Source: Eledone cirrhosa (taxonomy: Eukaryota). From it: a stretch of 64,000 nucleotides of DNA. The stretch covers positions 153,450,001 through 153,514,000 of the forward strand of contig OZ024740.1 in the NCBI GenBank assembly GCA_964016885.1, in the 5' to 3' direction. The notes under the pieces are model-generated. The model made no database searches. It was not told where the DNA came from and was given only the letters and a program-made list of their open reading frames with translations. This document shows positions 1-12,860 of this stretch, piece after piece. The translations under genes and the position numbers were made by a program. Position 1 is the stretch's first letter, and each line of letters starts with the position of its first letter.

Positions 1-4
1 TTAC

Positions 5-328
5 TCTTCTGGACAGCAGTTTAGCCATTGTGATGTGAGCTGGTAGATGATCAGGCTTCACACGCAATGCTTCCTGGTACCAGAATTCTGCCTTGGCCTC
101 ATCATCTGTCTTCATGTAAGCTTCACCTAACATATTGTAAATACTCTGCAATCCATAATAACTGGGTGCCCTTCGGATGGCTGCATTATAGGTTTCAATT
201 GCTAGTTGGTAATTCTGTTGGTCTGCATACATTCTACCGAGGTTATAGAGAGCAGAGATCTTGGTACTTTCGTGAAGTCGGGGGTCTCGCAGACCCGTGA
301 TATCTATATTTGAACAGTTCAAATAACT
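5..328 (-). CDS. TMTC2: TMTC2-like O-mannosyltransferase, TPR-region exon (108 codons, phase 0/0)
   Basis: Hand translation: SYLNCSNIDITGLRDPRLHESTKISALYNLGRMYADQQNYQLAIETYNAAIRRAPSYYGLQSIYNMLGEAYMKTDEAKAEFWYQEALRVKPDHLPAHITMAKLLSRR. These are TPR repeats matching the TMTC2 pattern. Acceptor poly-T...tttacag ends at 329, donor GTAA at 4-1. Not in the ORF track. Confidence 0.9.
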
Positions 329-1091
329 CTGTAAATATAAAAAAAAAAAAAAAAAAGATTTGTTAATAAACAACAATCACAAAATAGAAAAATGCAACTA
401 CAATCTTCTGCACCAGGCATTACATGGCACCCCATCCCCATCCCACCCTTCGAAATGTAAGAAATCAACATTTTCCCTTGCGGAATGGAAACTTTAATTC
501 ATAAATATCAAGTAAGCAAAGATGACAAGGAGAGATAACTCTTGAGTGGGAAGCGAGAGTTATTACCCTTGAGTTATAAACTAGTGGCTCCAGAGTGCAT
601 ACGAGCTCCAATGTACGATTTAATTGATCGTAAACAATCTACAGCACCGAAACAAAAAGCAGAGGGCACAAGGCATATATATATATTGATTCGGAGAAAA
701 ATAACTGAATTTTATAATATTCAAATGTTGTTGTCATTAATGGATTAAATATCTTTTCAAGCTGGAATGCAAAATTATAAAACGTGTTTTTCTTATTTCT
801 GTTCAATATATTTTCATTGATAGGGAAGTGTAGCTGCTCATATACTAAAAGGAAAATATGGAGAAGAAATGGTGGTTAAACTATTTTTTTAAATTACTAG
901 GGTCGGACGAGAAATCTAGGAATTTCTCTTCTCTTTTAAAAAATTATCTTGGTTCAAATTATATAACTATATTTCTAAGTCGTACATATTTTTTGAACTG
1001 AACAAAGTAAGCAATATTTATTACTAATATTTAAAACCAATACCGTTTCAACTGAATACATAAACAATATCTATTAAATATAATAATAATG

Positions 1092-1428
1092 ATAATTGTT
1101 TCTACTTTAGGCACAAGGCCAGCAATTACCCAGTGCATTACTGGTACTTTATTTTATCGACCCCGTAAGGATGAAAGGCAAGAAAATAATTGTGTACTGT
1201 GCTCAGGTGCACTACAACTCACCAAAGGTCCATGTAAAGTACATAGAATAATTGTTTCTACTTTTGACACAGGGCCAGCAATTACCCAGTGTATTACTGG
1301 TACTTTATTTTATCGACCCTGTAAGGATGAAAGGCAAAGTCAACCTCGGCGGGATTTGAACTCAGATCGTAAAGGGACGTAACTATGCTGGAAAGCATGG
1401 CGTCCGACTCTCTACCGATACTGCCAAT
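1092..1428 (-). mobile_element. tRNA-derived SINE family A (partial + full copy)
   Basis: ~185-bp family with A box TGGCAGTATCGG, B box GAGTTCAAATCC, central TTTCATCCTTACGGGGTCGATAAAATAAAGTACCAG and a GTAGAAACAATT(ATT)n tail. Confidence 0.85.
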
Positions 1429-2661
1429 ATAGAATAATGTACAAATGTCAGGAAAGTGAACAGTGTATGAGTCATGATATATACACACAGACATACGCGC
1501 GAGCGCGTTCGTGTGTATGGAGGGGGATCGTTACAAATAGTTTCCCTTTCTGGTAAACCCAATTAAAAGGGAATTTCTACATTTCTCGTCGGATTCTAGC
1601 CGTTTCTTAAAAAAATCTTTAAACACAATTATCTCGTTATGATACTTCTAGGAACCCAAATAGTACATCATAAATACTTAAAATCTACTACATAGAATTT
1701 GTTTCAGAAATTCATGTTTTTTTTTTGTTTTTTTGGTTGAAGCCCACTTATATAAAATAGACAAGAGGACATGAAAATCATTTAAAACATAGGTACAAAG
1801 CCGTCGACTATAAATAACAGACATAGTACTAGACACTGTAACTCGACCCCCGAGAGACGAACGGCGAAGTTGATCGCAGCTGGATTGAATTCAAGATGAA
1901 ATTGAATTCATTACGAAATACCATAAGGCATTTTTGCCGACGCTAATGATTATGCCAATCCGACACCTTTTACTAATGACTTCTTTATTAGTCGAAGATG
2001 GCTGACATCGAACAAACATCAAAGACGGCACAGGGCGATACGGTGTGCGTGCGTGCGTGTGTGTGTGTGCGTGCGTGTGTGTATGCGTGTGCGTGTGTGT
2101 AAAAAGTGGTAAAACAACAAACATGCCAATTTTCAAATAGAAAAGATATTTCCCATTAGCAGGGAAACTTTCGAGTGTCACTTGCGGAGAAAACCCACAA
2201 AAAGCTATGGTCGCCCAGTTGTCATCCTTCAATCTACAGATGTGTACACAAAGCATGCCCACTCACTCGAACCAAACTCGTCCCTCTCACCCTCCTTTAA
2301 ACTAACTGGGTGGAAGGCAGGGTTTCATTCCCGCATTGATTTTCTTCTTCAAGTGAAACTTGAAAAAATTAATCAAGGTTTCGCCGCTGTTTTCAATCCC
2401 TTGAAGCACGTCCACCACACAACCTCTTTCGCAATAGCCACTAGGCAAATGGAAACAGTCTGCTCTTCCCGACTAGAGGAAGATGGCAGGACTGGGTTCT
2501 AACATAGCCTAAAAGCTATAAATTTGGAGTATGGGAACAATTGATTATATCAACCCCAGCGCTTGATTGCAGCAATATTGGAACATAAAACCTGTAAGAA
2601 ATACCATAAGGCATTTTATCAGACACCAACCATTTTACCAATCTACTTTTCAATGTTTTCC

Positions 2662-2841
2662 ATAATTGTTTCTACTTTAGGCACAAGGCCAGCAATTACA
2701 CAGTACATTACTGGTACTTTATTTTATCGACCCCGTAAGGATGAAAGGCAAAATTAACCTCGGCGGGATTTGAACTCAGACTGTAAAGGGACGTAACTAT
2801 GCTAGAAAGCATGGCGTCCGACTCACTACCGATACTGCCAA
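2662..2841 (-). mobile_element. SINE family A
   Basis: Full match to the family consensus. Confidence 0.85.
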
Positions 2842-3283
2842 CATCATAATGATTTATAACAGACACAAGATCATGAATTCTAAAGAAAAATATATTTAAT
2901 CCAGTGACTGACTGCTACATTTTTAATCGATACCGCCAGAAGGATGAAAAGTAAAGTTGTCCTCAAACTTAAAACATAAAGGGACAAAACTAAATACCTC
3001 AATATATCACCAGGCTGATAAAAGCCATTGAAATATTAAGTAAAGGTCGCCTTGGGTGATATGTTTTGTCATGATTCAATCAAAAAACATTGAAGATCTA
3101 AAGTGGAAGTAAATGTCATGGATGTTAAATGTATCAAATTATTCTGTATGAAAGGGAATCCTATGACAAGAAGGTCAGTGAGGGCACAACACCATTAGTT
3201 GTAGCTGAAAGACCAATCACAGATAGCAAAATTGTGTGCTCCGAATAAAAAGTACTGGCATAGTTATGTCCCAAATTTATATC

Positions 3284-3624
3284 TACTACCAGGTCTTGAA
3301 TAATCGCCCTTCCACCGCCTTTATTCCCCCCACCCTACCCCGTCTTATTAAATTTTGCTAATCTATCTGCGGCGAAATTTTATTGTAATTGTCAGTGTTT
3401 CATATCGATACAACAGCTGGATAATCTAATAATTATTTTATTTTACATTAAAGGAACATTATATATGACAAAAAAAAGAACATTACAAGAAATCCCATAT
3501 TTACGAACGTACACTATACAATTGCCGATCCACACCCACCCCACCTACCTATAAGAATTTAAGCAAATGCCCCCCCCCCCCCGTTTATTCCACCATCACC
3601 CCTATTATTTGGAGCCCAAGAGTA
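3284..3624. mobile_element. ~340-bp MITE-like DNA element
   Basis: Homologous along its length to 30341-30680, with TACT...AGAGTA termini. Confidence 0.6.
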
Positions 3625-3869
3625 TTTAAATCAAGTTATTTATCTGGTTAGTTGATATGGTCAACAACTCACGCTTGTATTGATGTATATATAATATTTT
3701 GGGCAGAAAACCCCGACTTCCTCATATGTCGTGGAGGAAGCAATGAGATCGTTTTATTAGGCTGGTCCTGTTCATGCATGTTAGATTTTTCTTGTTGGAT
3801 TTAAAAAGTAAAATGTATTGCGCGTTTAGGAGGAAAAGCCAAACTAGCTATCTTCAATTCGGTATTCGT

Positions 3870-4320
3870 GCCAACCCTTTCCTATGGTCAGGAATCCTGG
3901 GTAATGATTGAAAATACGATCGCGAATACAAGCGGTCAAAATGGAGTTCCTCCGAATGCTATTTGGAATAACGTTACTCGATAAAGCGCGCAGCTCGAAG
4001 ATCAGAGAGCTGCTCCAGTTAGAGCTGCTCCAGTTAGAGCCGCTATTTCTCCGAATTGAGAGCTCCATTACTATGGGCATGTGGTTAGAATATCTCAGGA
4101 AAGAATCACTGGATAGATTTTACAGGCAAAGCCAACCGGCAGCAGAACCAAGGGTAAACCCTGAGCATGATGGCTGGATAACATCCATGAGCTTGGCTGG
4201 TCTCACTTGGGGATCCAGCCGGATCAGTTGGAGATGGTTGCTTCTGACAAGACCTGCTGGGAGGAGTGTTTGAGAACTTTGCTCGCACGACTCTCTCAGG
4301 AATAAATGGACGAAGAATAA
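3870..4320 (+). mobile_element. 3' fragment of a second RTE-type LINE family
   Basis: ORF 3908..4273 RSRIQAVKMEFLRMLFGITLLDKARS matches the RTE C-terminal IQAxEMxFLR motif. Related copies at ~31795-32165 and ~48330-48815. Confidence 0.8.
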
Positions 4321-5297
4321 GAAAAGTATTGTGAGTTACTGAGTCGTCGGTTTCGTCATCGCCGTTATTGTCCCCATCATTATTTTAGGCCATTTTAAAA
4401 AATGTTTGTATGAGTTGGATAGGTCTTCTTTATCGCATCATCTCACTTCTTTTTGTAGCCTCTTGTCATCCCCTTCATGACTTACAGCATTCTGAGTTTA
4501 GGATTGAATATCCTCAGATGAAGTTTCTTCTACCTTGATAGCTTAGCACTTTATTATCAATTACCACATTCCATATGCATCACATGTCTAAAGCAACAGT
4601 ATCTTCCTTGCATACCCAGTTTTTTCTCTCGGATCATGTGCTTCCATTGTTCAGTACCCCAGCAACTATCCTTGATTTCCCAGCTATATTTCCTGTATTC
4701 ATATCCTTAACCACTCATTTGACCATCTTCAATAGCTTGTCCCTCTATTACTCCTACTTGAAATAGTGACTGTCACACATACATTCTCCTACTTAAGCCA
4801 CCTTTTGAGGTAGCATTTCCATGCCTATCTTGTTGTTATCAATAAAAGAAAATACACTACTATTATTCCATAAATACTGTTTCCTCAGCAACATCCTGAT
4901 TTACACTCAAATTTGCAATCTGAAATAGTCTCTGATCCTCACATCACAAGCAAACCTCTTGCATTTAGCTTCTCTCATTGCTAAGTATACATGATCTCTA
5001 GATTTTCTGTTGACAACCTGATATTATTCCTTACTTCCCACTTTCTTCTAACTTTTCAAGGCTTATCTCTTAACTTTTATGTCATTATATTCTGTACCAT
5101 TCCAGGAGCATGTCACTTCCCACTGGCTGCCTGGCTGGCTTCAACCCTGCAGTCACAAATTTTGTCAGTAGTTTGGAGCAGATTTTCTTATAGAAGACAG
5201 CTGTGGGTTTCTACGTTATAAATCACTACCCCCCACCCACACACACACTTGTTATAAACATTACCTTGTACTTTTTTACCTAGGAATACAATTACTA

Positions 5298-5684
5298 ATA
5301 ATTGTTTCTACTTTAGGCACAAGGCCAGCAATTTACCAGTGCATTACTGGTACTTTATTTTATCGACCCCGTAAGGATGAAAGGCAAAGTTAACCTCAGT
5401 GGGATTTGAACTCAGATCTTAAAGGGCCGTAACTCTATACTGCAAAGCATGGCGTCTGACCCTCTACCGATACTGCCAATCCACCGGCCTTACAATTACT
5501 AATAATTGTTTCTACTTTTGGCACACGGCCAGCAATTATCCCAGTGTATTTCTAGTACTTTATTTTATCGCCCCGTAAGGATGAAAGGCAAAGTCAACCT
5601 CAACGGGATTTGAACTCAGACCGTAAAGGGATGTAACCATGCTGCAAAGCATGTCGCTGACTCTCTACCGATACTGCCAATCCA
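5298..5684 (-). mobile_element. SINE family A, two tandem copies
   Basis: Two copies. tacaattactaat is repeated at ~5287 and 5491 (possible TSD). Confidence 0.85.
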
Positions 5685-5871
5685 ATAATGATTTGAAGGC
5701 AGGCAAAGACAATTCTGGTCTGACAACATCATGTACTGGATAGATCACAAGACCACAACACTTCTACACATGATGATAGATACCAATGGTGACTGCTACA
5801 GTGACAACCCAATGTCTGGCTGCACTAGTTGCAGCAACTTGATTGTTTGAATGACTTGTAAGAACTTCACT

Positions 5872-5872
5872 G

Positions 5873-5918
<46 letters not shown>

Positions 5919-5998
5919 TAGTAGTGGTAGTAGTAGTGGTAGTAGTAGTGGTGGTGATAGTAGTAGTAGTAATAGTGGTGGTAGTAGTAGTAATAGTG
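5872..5998. repeat. (GTA)n/(GTG) trinucleotide repeat
   Basis: Direct inspection. Confidence 0.9.
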
Positions 5999-6371
5999 GC
6001 AGGGTGGTAACTCTCCTGCTCATACAGTCATTGCATGATCCAATTAGAACTACCACCATCACTAACCCAACCTAACTCAGCTAGATGATAGCATAAAAAC
6101 ATGCTATAGAATTAATAACATAGTTCCACACATGTACACACAAATATACAGAACCATATACATATATATATAGACTAATTACTGCTCCTCCTTATAGTTT
6201 TTGAACAGCATATTATCAAATATGTCAAACAAGAAATATATTGTAATGTAGTTATGAAACAAAAAACAAAAAAAATCTACTTTATCATGAGTTGGTATCT
6301 TATGTAAGTTGAAGATGGCAATCCGTTGGTGTCGTAACACCTGCATATATATATATGTATGTGTATACATA

Positions 6372-6476
6372 CAGGGTGTCACCAAAACATGCATACACAC
6401 TTTAACAAACAGCATTCTAATAAATATTGCCTGTACAGGTAATCAAAGTGTGTATGCATTTTGGGGGGTCACCCTG
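6372..6476. mobile_element. Tc1/mariner-type MITE
   Basis: TA|CAGGGTG...CACCCTG|TA with ~30-bp imperfect TIRs. A related copy lies in opposite orientation at ~37101-37201. Confidence 0.75.
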
Positions 6477-6509
6477 TATGTGTATATATATATATATATA
6501 TATTGATAC

Positions 6510-6965
6510 TAACTTATGATAAGTGCCCTTCCTCCCACAAAATCATCTCCTGGATCCCACCCCTGTTCTCAACCCCGGAGCCATACATGCAACTTTATCT
6601 CCAATACCCTTTTCCATCTGAATGACCGGTCCTTATGGGTTAGGGACTCCTTCAGCTGGACCTCCACCAGCCAGGTCTATGGGATCTGTTGTACTCTGTT
6701 CAGAGTCATCTACCTAAGTCAATCTGGTTGTCGTCTGGCCGACAGATTTGCTGAAAACCTTCAGGACATCTAAATCAGCAACCTGACTTCGATCTATAAC
6801 ATTTTCGATCTGCCAGCCACTCCACATGTTACCTCAGTTCTTCGGGCTCGCACATTGTGTGCCAGACCCTTTGGCTCGCACTGGCGTAAAGAACATCAAC
6901 TTATATTTTCTTTACAAACCTTTCATCCCCCCCAGCCTTAATGCCTCACCCATCTCCTTATAATC
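6510..6965 (+). mobile_element. Decayed Penelope-like element GIY-YIG endonuclease fragment
   Basis: PGSHPCSQPRSHTCNFI...DSFSWTSTSQVYGICCTLFRVIYLSQSGCRLADRFAENLQDI...HFRSASH...KEHQLIFSLQTFHPP..LN is a degenerate match to the PLE pattern CxxxxCxxC, VIY..C..C..YIG.T.R.L..RF.EH and E..LI..L.T..P.GLN. Confidence 0.75.
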
Positions 6966-7320
6966 TGCTTTGCCAAATACTCTCATACACAGTAAACATA
7001 CTTCCTCTATCCTATGTCACAAACTCGTTAAAACATACATACACTCTTACATACAAATCACAGTTAGATACTTTACACGTAAACACTATAAACTTCAACA
7101 TACAAACACATTAAAATTTAATCATACATTCACACATACGAATCCACACATCTTACAGACATACTCAAACACTACCAGATACTTTACACACACACAAAAT
7201 AAACTTCAATGCATATATACAATACACACATTCAAATTTACATTCACTCACACATAAAAATTCACAACCACACTCAACACGGATATACACATAACACACA
7301 ACAACATTGATACTTTACAT

Positions 7321-7501
7321 AATTGTTTCTATAGGCACAAGGCCAGCAATTACCCAGTACATTACTGGTACTTTATTTTATCGACCCTGTAAGGATGAAA
7401 GGCAAAGTTAACCTCGGCGGGATTTGAACTCAGACTGTAAAGGGACGTAACTATGCTAGAAAGCATGGCGTCCAACCCTCTACCGATACTGCCAATTCAC
7501 C
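7321..7501 (-). mobile_element. SINE family A
   Basis: Consensus match. Confidence 0.85.
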
Positions 7502-7618
7502 ATACTGAATAATAAACCTTTAAACATACACACACTTTTAAACATACACATACACCATACATATAATATTAACACTTAACACACACACTTTTAAACATAC
7601 ACATACACAATACATATA

Positions 7619-7803
7619 TTTGTTTATACTTTTGGCACAAGGCCAGCAATTATCCCAGTGTATTACTGGTACTTTATTTTATCGACCCCGTAAGGATGAA
7701 AGGCAAAGTTAACCTCGGCGGGATTTGAACTCAGACCATAAAGGTCGTAACTCTTTGCTGCAAAGCATGGCGTCCGACCTTCTACTGATACTGCCAATCC
7801 ACA
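7619..7803 (-). mobile_element. SINE family A
   Basis: Consensus match. Confidence 0.85.
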
Positions 7804-8079
7804 TACACATACACCATACATATAATATTAATACTAATACACACATTTCACTTTGCATTCCAAAATCGTTACCAAGACTACCTAATGGTTTATCTTGTCT
7901 ACTCTCCTTTTCATTTTTTACTACAGACTACCTTTTATTTTCAGTATCTATCCTTTGTCATCCTGCCTCTATTTTATGCTAAAGCCGATCTAATTGGACT
8001 TTCTTTCCCATTTTCCATATAAAACGTGAAACTAATAAGACTTTTTGTATCTCTGTTTTGTAGTTTCCTTGAACTATAT

Positions 8080-8119
<40 letters not shown>

Positions 8120-8159
8120 TATATAATATATATAATATATATATATAATATATATATAT

Positions 8160-8202
<43 letters not shown>

Positions 8203-8635
8203 CATACACTCACACACACATATATATATATCTATATAAATATTCACACATATATTTATTTATTCATAAGTAGATCAACTAACTAATCAATAGTATCCAG
8301 CTGTGTCCTATGTGAATGATATTGATTAACCATGCTCTAATTACTATTATCATCGTATTTTCTTTCTGATATTTCAAGCTGTTGATGCTTATCTAATTAA
8401 CATTGTAAAGACTGGGCCAACAAGAGATTCTTTGCACTCGACACTCACTAGAATTACTAAAAAATAGCAGCTAAATTTTCATGAAATTAAGTACACCATG
8501 AAATCAGTGCTGGACTTTCCTATAAGCTATAGCTTAGAGCCACTTGCCTTCTGGTGGAGGGCTCACTTTTAAAATATATTTTAATTTTATCATTAGTTTT
8601 TATTCTTTAATATATATATTATATATATATATATG

Positions 8636-8737
8636 TGTTACTGCTCAAGGAAACAACACATCACCCTGTCTGAGAATTGAACTCACAACCTTTCGATTGC
8701 AAAGCCAATGGTCTAACCACTAAGCCATGTGCCTCCA
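8636..8737 (-). mobile_element. SINE family B head fragment
   Basis: ctcaaggaaacaacacatcacc...ccactaagccatgtgcctcc. Confidence 0.75.
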
Positions 8738-8794
8738 TTATATATATATATTATATATATTATATATATATAATATATATATATATATTATATA

Positions 8795-9443
8795 CTAGCA
8801 GTAAAGCCCGGCGTTGCTCGGGGTCACTCAGTAGCTGTGTTAAAGTTACAATGTTAAGTTTCTTTTTTGGCTTAAAGTCTGTCTGCACGACTATCTGTCT
8901 GCACGCCTAACGAAATTTACAGATACATATATTTTAAATAAACTTATATAATTTTTACTTTTTTTAACGAAATATTTGCTTGTTTTACGTAGTCTTTAAA
9001 TAGACTTGTTTTCAAGTAAAAATATTGTTTTAAAAGGCTTTTAAATGGAAATGAAGCAAAACGGAAGTTTAGTGTTCGAACTGATGAATTTTGCAGGTCA
9101 AAATTTTGCTGGCTCGACAACTGTTCGTGTATTGTGTTAATGTCATTTTAAACGCTGAGAAAGCCAGCGTAATTTTTTAAATTTTTGCACGCAGAAAATG
9201 TAAAGACGCTCAATGTAAACAGAACAAAAGGAAATAACTCGACACTTACGCTCAAAAATCGATACATTAGATTCGATTTCGTCACATAGGGTGGGTCAAT
9301 TTGAAATATTTTTTTCCGATGTCTTCGCTAGGGCTCAATGTACAAGTATAGCAATTTCGGTGCAATTCCGTCAGAGATTCTAAGAGGAGATGTGTGCCAA
9401 AAATCGATAGACAGACAGACAACCACAGCTTTATAGATATAGA
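8795..9443 (-). mobile_element. Non-autonomous Helitron
   Basis: On the minus strand: A|TCTATATCTATAAAG 5' end, (CTGT)n, subterminal hairpin CCCGAGCAACGCCGGG and CTAG|T 3' end. Confidence 0.8.
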
Positions 9444-9449
9444 TAATAT

Positions 9450-9482
<33 letters not shown>

Positions 9483-9887
9483 ATATATATATATATATAT
9501 TATATATATAATATATAATATATAATATATATAATATATATATATATTATATATATAATATATAATATATATATATTATATATAATATATATATAATATA
9601 TATATAATATATATATATTATATATAATATATATATAATATATATATAATATATATATATTATATATAATATATATATAATATATATAATATATATATAA
9701 TATATATATAATATATATATATTATATATAATATATATAATATATATATAATATATATATAATATATATATAATATATATATATTATATATAATATATAT
9801 AATATATATATAATATATATATAATATATATATAATATATATATAATATATATATAATATATATATAATATATATATATTATATATA

Positions 9888-9958
<71 letters not shown>

Positions 9959-10090
9959 ATATATATATATAATATATATATATATTATATATAATATATA
10001 TATATATTATATATAATATATATATTATATATAATATATAATATATATATAATATATATATAATATATATATAATATATATATATATATA

Positions 10091-10380
10091 TCATCATCAT
10101 CATCATCATCAACGTTTAACGTCCGTGTTCCACGCTTGCATGGGTTTGGACGGGGGTAGTCCCACTTGAGGCAAGAGTGATTGTCTTGCTCGCATAGGAC
10201 TGTCTGGCAGGTTTTCTACAGTTGGATGCCCTTCCTAACACCAACCACATTTACAGTGTGGGTCTGGGAGGTTTTTACCGTGTTGCCTACATGGCCACAT
10301 TACAGCGTGGACTGTGTGTTTTTTTGTCGTGACACCTACACGATCTCATTTGTTTCGGCCTCGATGGCGCGGCACCAACA
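10091..10380 (-). mobile_element. 3'-UTR fragment of the RTE LINE
   Basis: Reverse complement of ~16657-17050, with one copy of the 112-bp unit and a (CAT)n tail. Embedded in a (TA)n array. Confidence 0.88.
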
Positions 10381-10436
10381 TATATATATATATTATATAT
10401 AATATATATATTATATATAATATATATATTATATAT

Positions 10437-10473
<37 letters not shown>

Positions 10474-10593
10474 ATATAATATATATATAATAGATATATA
10501 TAATATATATATATATATAGTATATATAATATAATATATATATATATATATATATATAGTATATATAATATAATATATATATATATATATATA

Positions 10594-10625
<32 letters not shown>

Positions 10626-11470
10626 GTATATATAATATAATATATATATATATATATAATATAATATATATAATATAATATATATATATATATATAATAT
10701 AATATATATAATATAATATATATATATATATAATATAATATATATATAATAGATATATATATATATTATATATATTATATATAATATAATATATATATAT
10801 ATATATTATATATAATATATATATATATTATATATAATATATATATATTATATATAATATAATATATATATATATTATATATAATATAATATATATATAA
10901 TATATATATTATATATAATATATATATATATAATATATATATTATATATAATATATATATAATATATATATTATATATAATATATATATATATATAATAT
11001 ATATATTATATATAATATATATATAATATATAATATATATATATATATATATAATATATAATATAATATATATATAATATATATATAATATATATATATA
11101 TATATTATATATAATATATATATATTATATATAATATAATATATATATAATATATATATTATATATAATATATATATTATATATAATATAATATATATAT
11201 AATATATATATTATATATAATATATATATTATATATAATATATATATATATAATATATATATTATATATAATATATATATTATATATAATATATATATAT
11301 ATATATTATATATAATATAATATATATATAATATATATATTATATATAATATATATATAATATATATATTATATATAATATATATATATAATATATAATA
11401 TATATATTATATATAATATATATATATATTATATATAATATAATATATATATAATATATATATTATATAT

Positions 11471-11519
<49 letters not shown>

Positions 11520-11628
11520 GTATAATATAATATATATAATATAATATATAAATATATATATATATATATTATATATATATATTATATATATATTATATAT
11601 ATATATATATATTATATTATATATATAT

Positions 11629-11670
<42 letters not shown>

Positions 11671-11681
11671 TATATATATAT

Positions 11682-11713
<32 letters not shown>

Positions 11714-11729
11714 TATATTATATATATAT

Positions 11730-11768
<39 letters not shown>

Positions 11769-11810
11769 TATATTTTATATATATATATATATATATTATA
11801 TTATATATAT

Positions 11811-11998
11811 GCGGTGGATTGGCAGTATCGGTAGAGGGTCGGAGCCATGCTTTAACGCAAAGAGTTACGGCCCTTGCCATTCTCAGTTCAAATCCCGCCG
11901 ATGTTAACTTTGCCTTTCATCCTGACGGGGTCGATAAAATAAAGTACCAGTAATGCACTGGATAATTGCTGGCTTTGTGCCAAAAGTAGAAACAATTA
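11811..11998 (+). mobile_element. SINE family A inside a (TA)n array
   Basis: gcggtggatttggcagtatcggtagag...gtagaaacaatt. Confidence 0.85.
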
Positions 11999-12205
11999 TA
12001 TATTATATATTATATTATATTATATATATATATTATATTATATATTATATATTATATATATATATATATATTATATATTATACTATATATTATACTATAT
12101 TATATATATATATATATATATTATATTATATATTATATTATATATTATACTATATATTATACTATATTATATATATATATATATTATATATATATATTAT
12201 ATTAT

Positions 12206-12743
12206 ACAATTAAGTTAAAAGTGTACATCCACATATGTATACTGAAATACTAGTATGCATATAAATACACACACGTATACATATGTACATGTACCGAGTT
12301 TTTCACTGGACACTTTACTGTGAGTGTCCAGCTAGTCTGTATGTAACCAAACAGACAAACCGGTTTTTAGAGTCATACGGGTTTTCAAGGAAACACCTTT
12401 CCTCTATTCTCCATAGAGCCAGACAGGAATATTGGACTAGTTTCGATGTTATTACATCTCCTCAGCAATATATACCCATCTTCCGGCTTCTCTGGAGAAT
12501 CGTAAAAGCACATATCGTTATATGCTTTTTCTATGAAAATTAGTAGTGGGCAGACTAATTTGCATAGAACGTGAGTACGCACCGGTTCAGCGGAAACGAT
12601 AAAAACAAATAGACTAGCTGGACACTCACAGTAAAGTGTCCAGTGAAAAACTCGGTACATGTACATATGTATACGTGTGTGTATTTATATGCATACTAGT
12701 ATTTCAGTATACATATGTGGATGTACACTTTTAACTTAATTGT
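12206..12743. repeat. Perfect 133-bp inverted repeat (12206-12338 / 12611-12743) with a 272-bp spacer
   Basis: The arms read as exact reverse complements by eye. Each arm contains a CTGGACACT-N8-AGTGTCCAG hairpin, and the spacer holds a hammerhead. Confidence 0.92.
12429..12471 (-). ncRNA. Minimal type I hammerhead ribozyme
   Basis: AUAUUG CUGAGGA GAUGU-aaua-ACAUC GAAA CUAG UC^ CAAUAU. Intact core, 6-bp stem I, 5-bp stem II, palindromic ACUAGU stem III. Confidence 0.85.
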
Positions 12744-12815
12744 TTAAGCGTCAGTCATACAAAAGTGAGTTACAAACGAAACAAAATTTAATTTTGTTTC
12801 GTTATTTGTTTTTAT

Positions 12816-12859
<44 letters not shown>

Positions 12860-12860
12860 A

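Larger units (their letters stand above)
9445..12205. repeat. Very long interrupted (TA)n/(TAA) microsatellite field
   Basis: About 2.3 kb of almost pure A/T, interrupted by a LINE tail and a SINE. Confidence 0.95.

Noticed and set aside
11811-11900. tRNA genes suggested by A/B boxes
   Set aside because: These are SINE heads with no complete cloverleaf, always followed by the SINE body and tail.
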